The position numbers and the translations under genes were made by a program. Under the pieces are notes generated by a model. The model was given only the letters and a program-made list of their open reading frames with translations. It was not told where the DNA came from and made no database searches. Below are positions 57,445 to 64,000 of a DNA stretch of 64,000 nt, in pieces (position 1 is the first letter of the stretch; every line of letters starts with the position of its first letter). The stretch is taken from assembly GCA_003669585.1 (NCBI GenBank), contig QWOQ01000014.1, forward strand, positions 21,069-85,068, in the 5' to 3' direction. The DNA comes from Planctomycetota bacterium. Its GTDB lineage: Bacteria > Planctomycetota > Planctomycetia > Pirellulales > UBA1268.

Positions 57445-59046
57445 TCAGCCGGGCTTTCCGGTAGGTCGCATCACAATTCGTGCCATGGCTGCCACAATCA
57501 AGACAATGACCGCCCAAGCACCCCATCGCACGATTCGAGTGCGATCAAAAATTTCATCGCGACCGGCAGGCGGTGCTCTGGAATGAGACGTTGCTTGCGC
57601 ATCTGGAGAACCTTCTGACGATTCGGAATCCGTTGGAATCTGATCATCCGTCGCGTCTTCATCGGCCAGAACAGGAGCGATTTTTTTTGCGATCGCGAGG
57701 TCCTCGTGCTCCATGACGGCTTCATCCTCTGTCAAAACCGTGTCAACAGAATCAGTGACGCTGGGTTTTGTTGCACCGTCATCTTCGTCGCCGGATTCTC
57801 GAAGTGCCGTGCCGTCGACAGCTGCCGACTGAGAAAGAGCAAAACCCGCAAGGGTTGCCGCGCGACGAACTGCTTCCGGATCGATCGTTCTTAATCGTTC
57901 CAAGGCGTCGACAGCTTCAGGCAACGGGCATGCTTTCATATAGTTAGCAATTGGTTCTCGCACAAAAATGTTGTCGGCGTTGGCTTCTGCGAAAAGCTTT
58001 TCGAGTTTTGCCAGAGCCGACCAATCTTCCCAGCGAGCAAGATCGGCAATTACGAGGTCGGCGAGTTTGGGTTGATCGAGTAGACGCTCAAGAGATTCAA
58101 GCACTCTGGCTCTTGGTACGATCTCGGTTTCCTCGCCGAGAAATCGCAACGCCATCACCGCCGCATACGTTTCCGTAAAGGGAATTTCCTTGTCGCTTTT
58201 TGTTAAAAATAGTTCGTCGATCTGATCAAGCCCACGAGAACCGCGAAGCGTGACAAAACAGGCAATCAAGGCATCGAGCCCCACTCGCAATTCGGAGTCT
58301 TTTCCACGTAGAATTGCCTCGATTCGATCGGCATCCTGATTCGATCCACAGACCCCGAGCATTGTGGCATAGAGTCGACGACGACTCGATTGAACCTTTG
58401 GATTTTCAATCCACGCAAGAAGTTTTTCCGGGTGCATTTGATCGCGGAGCCCACGCACATCCGCATAGGGTGCTACTGCAAATTCGTCGTATGCATCACG
58501 GGCCATTGTCTCGTCAGAATATTCCAAATAATCCTGAAAAAACGCTAGCCGACCGGCCCCGGCTTTTGGAAGGTCTTGCAGTTTTCGTAAATACGCGGCC
58601 GATTCTGGGCCAAGCGTAATTGGACTCGACCAGAAAAGTTTTGGCGGTTCGATGGCCAGCAGTAAAAACATCCCGCCAAGCGGCTTGTCTTCAAGCAGAA
58701 TTGCTTCAATTGTTTCGGCATCCGGTCCAAGGAGCCCAGCCGCTTCGGCCAAGTCTCCCCCTTTGAGTATTTCAACGATTTTGAATCGTCCCTTGGGAAG
58801 TGGACCTTGGGAGGTTGGCTTGAGCGATTCTGCATCTGGTCCTTCGACCAATTGCGCCACAACAGCAACCTCGCTCTGATCGATCTCCTGCGTAAAGGTG
58901 AGGGAGACTGCTGAGCAAAATGGACAGGCAGGTAGATTCATCGTAGTCACGAGATGAATCCCGGTCATAACAAGCACCACAAAGGCGCGCAGTCGTGTCG
59001 ATCGCGTGATCGTTTGAAAAAAGTGGTTCCGTTGTTGAGTGTGCAT
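57445..59046 (-). CDS. Uncharacterised CPFC/ACPLP-motif protein, paralog 1, with acidic linker and C-terminal TM anchor
   Basis: 533 aa. N-terminal hydrophobic segment, then PACPFC (58915-58926), YMKACPLPEAVDALERLRTID, an acidic region, and C-terminal WGAWAVIVLIVAAMARIVM. Confidence 0.6.
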   Translation of the reverse strand: MHTQQRNHFFQTITRSTRLRAFVVLVMTGIHLVTTMNLPACPFCSAVSLTFTQEIDQSEVAVVAQLVEGPDAESLKPTSQGPLPKGRFKIVEILKGGDLAEAAGLLGPDAETIEAILLEDKPLGGMFLLLAIEPPKLFWSSPITLGPESAAYLRKLQDLPKAGAGRLAFFQDYLEYSDETMARDAYDEFAVAPYADVRGLRDQMHPEKLLAWIENPKVQSSRRRLYATMLGVCGSNQDADRIEAILRGKDSELRVGLDALIACFVTLRGSRGLDQIDELFLTKSDKEIPFTETYAAVMALRFLGEETEIVPRARVLESLERLLDQPKLADLVIADLARWEDWSALAKLEKLFAEANADNIFVREPIANYMKACPLPEAVDALERLRTIDPEAVRRAATLAGFALSQSAAVDGTALRESGDEDDGATKPSVTDSVDTVLTEDEAVMEHEDLAIAKKIAPVLADEDATDDQIPTDSESSEGSPDAQATSHSRAPPAGRDEIFDRTRIVRWGAWAVIVLIVAAMARIVMRPTGKPG

Positions 59047-59216
59047 TAGGTTTCATTTCTCCAGATTGGTGTACGAGCCCCACCACAAAGTGCGATCGCA
59101 CCGTTTGAGTCTACGATGAGCCAGTCATCAAATGCTGCCTCAAATATGTTGATTGTCAGAACAAGCATTCTTTCAGTTCCATGTTCTCTTGGCTGACAAA
59201 GGCTTTAGTATGCGAA

Positions 59217-60551
59217 TTAGCCCGAACTTTGCAGCCACTTGGAGACATCGGTGCGATAGGCCAACAGTGCCGGAACAAGCCCGGCTGCAATCGCCAGAAG
59301 AACAAGCATCGGCACGAGCAGCAGTTCTGCACCCGGAGCTGCTGAAAGAGCGCTTGCTGAAACTCCAGCATAAGAGGTGATCCAAGGTCCGGCCGCTCCA
59401 ACAAGCACGTGGCCCAAAATCCATCCGACAGCTCCACCGCCAACTGCAAGCAGCACCGCTTCAAGGAATACAACAATCATCACGTGGGATCGTCTCGCTC
59501 CAAGGGCACGCATGATGGCAACATCTCGTTTGCGTTCCATCATGGATCCAATCATGCTCACCAGCATGCCAACTGCCGAAACGATGACCACCATCGTCGT
59601 AACCAAAAGCAACAGCAATTCGATCGGCCGAACAAAGAGTCCCAGAAGCTGACTAATTTCTGCAATCGGAAGAGCAGATTGCACATCGAGCCCTTCATTG
59701 AGCAGCGTGCGTAGTCCGATGGCCGTAAGCTCAGCCGGCTGCCCAGGCGCTGACGCCGTTCGCAGCAGCACCGCCGTGACCTCTCGCTGTTCTTTCGGTA
59801 ATGCAAGAGGTCGTGTGCCATCGTCTTTATTGTGTTCGGAACTTTGGCTCGCAGGCGTTGGGTGTCCATCGATAGGCTTGGCATGTCCCTCCTGAAGATA
59901 AAATCCTTCCATATTGACAAAGGCACCACGGTCAATCGGACTTCCAGTGCGTTCAAGAATCCCTACTACCGTAAAGGGATCGTGCTTTGCGCCATCGTCG
60001 GCACCATGCGTTGGAGAAAACGTGTCGCCAATCTTCAGGCCAATACTCGCAGCGACCGATGCACCGAGTACTCCTTCAAAAAAGGCCTCGTCGGTGAAAT
60101 TTCTCCCCTGCGAAAAACGATACGGATCGACATTGCCACTCTTAAGCTTTCCAAAGGCGGCGCTATTGGTGCCGATGACTCGGAAGCCTCGAAAATAATC
60201 CCCCATACAAATGGGCACCGCCGTTGCCACAAATTGTGCGTAGGTACCATCAATTCCATCGGCACGCGAAGCAGCGGGCAGGAAATCTTCGTACCGGGCA
60301 AACGGAATATTTTCAATTGGCCTGCTGATGTAATAGACGGTATTGAGTACCAACTGCAGCGGACTCCCCTTCGCGCCGACAATCATGTTGTAACCAAGCC
60401 CTGAACCGGAATCGAATGCCTGCCGCACAACTCCACCGGTCACCAGCGTTGCTACAACCAGCGCCACCCCAAGAGCCAGCGAAAACGCCGTCAGCAGCGA
60501 TGTCGCCATGCGCTGACGAAGACTTCGCAATGCAATCCCAAACAGACTCAT
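59217..60551 (-). CDS. ABC transporter permease, FtsX/MacB type (4 TM plus large periplasmic domain)
   Basis: The ORF is open to 60674, which would overlap the ATPase gene. ATG at 60551 gives MSLFGIALRSLRQRMATSLLTAFSLALGVALVV, the typical MacB/LolC N-terminus. The FtsX C-terminal region contains RKRDVAIMRALGARRSHV. Confidence 0.85.
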   Translation of the reverse strand: MSLFGIALRSLRQRMATSLLTAFSLALGVALVVATLVTGGVVRQAFDSGSGLGYNMIVGAKGSPLQLVLNTVYYISRPIENIPFARYEDFLPAASRADGIDGTYAQFVATAVPICMGDYFRGFRVIGTNSAAFGKLKSGNVDPYRFSQGRNFTDEAFFEGVLGASVAASIGLKIGDTFSPTHGADDGAKHDPFTVVGILERTGSPIDRGAFVNMEGFYLQEGHAKPIDGHPTPASQSSEHNKDDGTRPLALPKEQREVTAVLLRTASAPGQPAELTAIGLRTLLNEGLDVQSALPIAEISQLLGLFVRPIELLLLLVTTMVVIVSAVGMLVSMIGSMMERKRDVAIMRALGARRSHVMIVVFLEAVLLAVGGGAVGWILGHVLVGAAGPWITSYAGVSASALSAAPGAELLLVPMLVLLAIAAGLVPALLAYRTDVSKWLQSSG

Positions 60552-60579
60552 TGTCAGATTCTCCAAACGTTCAAGTATC

Positions 60580-61293
60580 TCATTCGATGTTGGTCGCAAT
60601 CGACGCAGCCATTGATCGAGCAAAAACACGATTAAAATCCTCGATCCGCACTCGAACTTCAAACTGCGATGCAACCTCGGGTGAATGCGTGACGATCAAA
60701 AGAGCTGATCCATGATCACGACAGGTCTTTTTGAGTAGCTCAACAACCGTTCTCTGATTTGAGGGATCAACACTCGCGGTTGGTTCATCCGCCAGAACGA
60801 CACGAGGACGATTGGCAATTGCGCGGGCTACCGCAACTCGCTGTTGTTCCCCCATCGACAAAGCTGCCGGACGATGGGATAGACGGTGTTCAAGGCCAAC
60901 CGCCGATAACAGATCGATTGCCCGGCGACGATCGGCTTTGCCAGAGCCAAAGGACATGGCGACTAAAACATTCTCAAGCGCCGTAAATCCAGGAAGAAGA
61001 TTGAATGACTGAAATACCATGCCAAGCTTGTCGGCACGCACTCGATCGCGATGAGCTTCCGAAAGCTTTCCAAGTTCTATTCCGTCGAGAATGACGCGTC
61101 CGGAATCGGGGCTTGTAATGCCTGAGAGGACATGCAGAAGTGTTGACTTTCCCGACCCGCTACGCCCTTCAAGAGCGATCTGCTCTCCACATGCGAGGGA
61201 AAAGTGTTCTATGTCGAGTACCTCAAGTCGGCGTCCCGGAGACTCGGGATAGCTTTTTTTCACCTGCTCAAGTTCGAGAACGCCAAGCACCAT
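60580..61293 (-). CDS. ABC transporter ATP-binding protein (MacB/LolD-like)
   Basis: 237 aa. Walker A GRSGSGKST, Q-loop VFQSFNL, signature LSMGEQQRVAVARA, Walker B VVLADEPTAS, H-loop VTHS. Confidence 0.9.
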   Translation of the reverse strand: MVLGVLELEQVKKSYPESPGRRLEVLDIEHFSLACGEQIALEGRSGSGKSTLLHVLSGITSPDSGRVILDGIELGKLSEAHRDRVRADKLGMVFQSFNLLPGFTALENVLVAMSFGSGKADRRRAIDLLSAVGLEHRLSHRPAALSMGEQQRVAVARAIANRPRVVLADEPTASVDPSNQRTVVELLKKTCRDHGSALLIVTHSPEVASQFEVRVRIEDFNRVFARSMAASIATNIE

Positions 61294-61464
61294 GGTTGAT
61301 TGTTTCCGTATGTTTGTGTGAACGCAAAAAACTCTGCGATCAAAAAGGGTACTTGCGATGTTCGCCGATGAACGTGAGGCACACGCTCAAGAGAGAGTGT
61401 TCTCAAGAGGGTTGCATGTGATCATGATGGGAAAATCGTGGTGAGGATTCAACCGTAGAATTTT

Positions 61465-62262
61465 TTACTTGAGATCCTTGAAAAAGTCACCGAGCTTTTC
61501 ATTGTCTGCGGACGGCTTTTGTTTCGTCTGGTTTGCGAGGTCCCACTGCATTGCTTCAGCGTTTTGAGACTCGTTGGAATCTATATTTTCAGCACCTAGA
61601 AAACTAAAGGAAGGCCCGTCCCGAACTGGGGCATCATCATCAATCGCAAGAGCGTCGAGCCCAGCAGGAGTCTCAACAGATTCAGAATCGACGACGACAT
61701 GTTCCAAGTTTTGAATCTCATCGATGTCTTGAACGTCTTGCGCTACGGATTCGCGAGGTTCTTCTTTTGCCAGTTCGATAACCGGCACATTCTTCTTGTG
61801 CGTGTCGCATTCGTCAGGTGAATGGAACTGATCCGCCACATGATGAATCTCAATGGATTCCGCTGGATCGTGTTCGAGTTGATTATAGGCAACTGTTTCA
61901 TCGCTTTGATCGTGAGCAGACGTTGTTTCAGAAATGCCATATTCAATTCGAATGAGGACGCTGCCGACGCGTACGAGCGAACCGCTCTTCACGGGCATCT
62001 TGACCTTCGATGGCAGCGTCTCTCCATTCATCTGGGTGCCGTTGGTCGATCCCAAGTCACGAATAAAAAGATGGCCGTCGTCATCGAAAAACTCGCAGTG
62101 CTTTCGACTGATGCGAACGTGCTCGATTCGAAACTTTACATGCTCACCGCGGCCGATGAGAAGCGGCACGGTGACCTGATGGCTACCCTGCTTTGATTCC
62201 GGCTCCAGCACTACAAACCGAACTTTCATGGACATAAAAATACGCTTACGTGTTGAATCCAA
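61465..62262 (-). CDS. FHA-domain protein with acidic C-terminal region
   Basis: 265 aa. LLIGRGEHVKFRIEHVRISRKHCEFFDDDGHLFIRDLGSTNGTQMNG is a canonical FHA core. The remainder is D/E-rich and low complexity. Confidence 0.85.
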   Translation of the reverse strand: MDSTRKRIFMSMKVRFVVLEPESKQGSHQVTVPLLIGRGEHVKFRIEHVRISRKHCEFFDDDGHLFIRDLGSTNGTQMNGETLPSKVKMPVKSGSLVRVGSVLIRIEYGISETTSAHDQSDETVAYNQLEHDPAESIEIHHVADQFHSPDECDTHKKNVPVIELAKEEPRESVAQDVQDIDEIQNLEHVVVDSESVETPAGLDALAIDDDAPVRDGPSFSFLGAENIDSNESQNAEAMQWDLANQTKQKPSADNEKLGDFFKDLK

Positions 62263-62614
62263 AATGACTCGTCATCACCACTCAGCCGAACGTTTCTAAA
62301 AAGAACGGAATATTAAAAGCGGCACTCGATGTGGGATACAGTTTTTTCAAAAGTTCGCCGATTTTTGTTAAAAGCCTCCCAAAGTCTATTCTTCTTTTTG
62401 AGAAGATGCTGGCAAAGTGCCAATGAATGCTCTGAAGCTGGTGAAATGGGGAGGGACAGGGAAAGGCTATTGCGTACTCCCATGCGACATTCGCTGACCT
62501 TGCGGCCCCCCCGATTGTCCCTATACTCGCGGGGTTTACGTCGTTTCTCTTTTCACAATGTTTTTTTGCGGTCCTTCTGCTGCGATGACATGACGAGAGG
62601 TTGAATCGGAAAAT

Positions 62615-62687
62615 GCGGGTGTAGCTCAGTTGGTAGAGCACCACGTTGCCAACGTGGTTGTCGTGGGTTCGAATCCCATCACCCGCT
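62615..62687 (+). tRNA. tRNA-Gly (anticodon GCC)
   Basis: gcgggtg tagctcagttggtagagca ccacg ttGCCaa cgtgg ttgtc gtgggttcgaatcccat cacccgc t. The 7-bp acceptor stem, D-loop, anticodon loop (GCC at 62648-62650) and T-arm GGTTCGAATCC were all read directly. CCA is not encoded. Confidence 0.9.
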
Positions 62688-62750
62688 TCTCGAGGAGTTT
62701 TTGAGTCGTTCACATTTTTCTGTTTTTTCTAGAGATCCCCAGAGAGTTTC

Positions 62751-64000
62751 ATGACCACTTCCGAGTCCGCCATTGCACAAGCATCCTCAGACCTTCCTGA
62801 GGCCCCCCAGTCTCTCAAGATCGATGTATCGATCTCGAAGGTCTCGACCTGCCAGCGACGTATCAAAGTAACGATTCCCAGAGAAGACATTGATCGCTAC
62901 TACGACGAAGCCGTCCGCGATCTTATGCCCACAGCTTTAATGCCGGGGTTTCGTCCTGGACGCGCGCCGAGATCACTTGTTGGTCATCGGTTTAAAGCTG
63001 AACTCGGCGATCAAATTCGCTCAAAGCTTCTGAACGACGCGATGGCCCAGGTGGGAGAGCAAGAAAAACTCGCCCCGATCAGCGAGCCCGATCTCGATGT
63101 GAATGCCGTAGTGCTCCCAGATACTGGACCGATGATGTTCGAGTTTGGAATCGAAGTGCGTCCCGAGTTTGACATTCCCAACTGGAAGGGACTTTCGATT
63201 CGACGTCCCACTCGTGAGATCTCGGCGGACGATGTAGATCAAGCCGTGACTCGGTTGCTCCGCGAACGCGGTCGTCTTGTGCCCTACGATGGTTCTCCGT
63301 CCAAGGGCGATTTGATCGTAGTAAATGTGCGATTTCTTGACGGAGATCGGCTTGTATCGGAAGCATCCGAACTTGAAATCATCGTGCGTCCAACGCTTTC
63401 GTTTGCCGATGGACTGCTCGATGGCTTTGACGTGTTGGTCCATCAATCTAAAGCTGGATCAAAAGTCTCTGCAGAGGTCAACGTATCGAACGAGGCTGCT
63501 GACGAAAAACTTCGTGGCGGCAAAGTGACGATGGAAATGGAAGTTGTCGAGGTGAAAAAACTCGAACTCCCAACACTCAGTTCTGAACTTTTAAGTGAGC
63601 TTGGCGATTTTTCCTCTTTCGAACAGCTTCGGGTTGCGGTGCAAAAGCAACTGGAAAACCAACTGGAATGGCATCGGCGACGTCAGGTTCGTCAGCAGGT
63701 TGCAAGTGCACTCACCGCCTCGGCAACGTGGGATCTTCCTCCCGATCTTTTAAAGCGTCAAAGCCAGCGGGAATTAGAGCGATCGGTGCTCGAACTGCGA
63801 CGCAGTGGATTTGACGATGACTCCATTCGACGACACGTTAACGAGCTGAGGCAGACCGTCATGGCCAGCACGGCCAGATCGCTCAAAGAGCATTTTATTC
63901 TTGAACGCATTGCAGAAGATGAATCGATCACAGATGCGTCCGCCGATTACGACGAAGAGATTCGCGCCATTGCAGCACAGTCGGGCGAATCGCCTCGCCG
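62751..64000 (+). CDS. tig: Trigger factor (partial; continues beyond the window end)
   Basis: ATG at 62751, and the frame is open to the window end, so it is absent from the ORF track. My translation is MTTSESAIAQASSDLPEAPQSLKIDVSISKVSTCQRRIKVTIPREDIDRYYDEAVRDLMPTALMPGFRPGRAPRSLV. This is the trigger-factor N-terminal ribosome-binding domain pattern (GFRPGkaP). Confidence 0.85.
   Translation, partial: MTTSESAIAQASSDLPEAPQSLKIDVSISKVSTCQRRIKVTIPREDIDRYYDEAVRDLMPTALMPGFRPGRAPRSLVGHRFKAELGDQIRSKLLNDAMAQVGEQEKLAPISEPDLDVNAVVLPDTGPMMFEFGIEVRPEFDIPNWKGLSIRRPTREISADDVDQAVTRLLRERGRLVPYDGSPSKGDLIVVNVRFLDGDRLVSEASELEIIVRPTLSFADGLLDGFDVLVHQSKAGSKVSAEVNVSNEAADEKLRGGKVTMEMEVVEVKKLELPTLSSELLSELGDFSSFEQLRVAVQKQLENQLEWHRRRQVRQQVASALTASATWDLPPDLLKRQSQRELERSVLELRRSGFDDDSIRRHVNELRQTVMASTARSLKEHFILERIAEDESITDASADYDEEIRAIAAQSGESPR

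Noticed and set aside
62282-62713. 143-aa minus-strand ORF
   Set aside because: It overlaps the well-formed tRNA-Gly on the opposite strand and the tRNA promoter region. Its composition is not coding-like.
1-64000. Looked for CRISPR arrays, transposases, integrases, phage genes, toxin-antitoxin pairs and known defence-system gene sets (also next to tRNA-Gly at 62615)
   Set aside because: None were found by reading. tRNA-Gly is followed by trigger factor, not an integrase. The only SNF2 helicase lacks defence partners. The window looks like core chromosome.

Overview
This 64-kb window looks like ordinary chromosome from a Planctomycetota-type genome. That assignment is an inference from gene content: a PSCyt1/DUF1549/DUF1553 protein, an ECF sigma factor paired with a Ser/Thr kinase, a sulfatase, a BamA with a proline-rich insert, and many N-terminally over-extended ORFs. 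I support about 46 protein genes, one tRNA-Gly(GCC), one clear intrinsic terminator and one small tandem repeat. I saw no rRNA, CRISPR array, transposase, integrase or prophage signature.

Gene content by group:
- Envelope and glycan genes: GT4, NodB deacetylase and BamA at 2.5-8 kb, and a four-gene glycosyltransferase cluster with a GT10 fucosyltransferase-like gene at 37.4-42 kb.
- Tetrapyrrole genes: a HemX/CcsA-like gene coupled to hemA, divergent from a hemD-hemE fusion.
- A YrdC-like/YwlE-like fusion followed by rpiB.
- A SWIM-SNF2 helicase.
- An OmpR-type two-component pair.
- A csrA - membrane protein - beta-CASP MBL hydrolase - LOG gene string.
- A P1B-type ATPase with a TPCP motif.
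- A sulfatase-HEAT fusion and a CE15-like esterase.
- An S41 peptidase, type III glutamine synthetase, rsmG and apbE.
- A TolC-like protein.
- tRNA-Gly followed by trigger factor.

The best candidate for an undescribed system is the minus-strand cluster at 54.8-61.3 kb. It contains a MacB/LolD-type ABC ATPase and an FtsX-type permease. These are followed by two paralogous uncharacterised proteins with conserved CPFC and ACPLP cysteine motifs, which flank two paralogous CCFG (DUF3299-like) proteins. Two of the gene junctions overlap. An FHA protein lies upstream and a convergent TolC-like gene lies downstream.

All family assignments come from reading motifs by eye. No database search was run.
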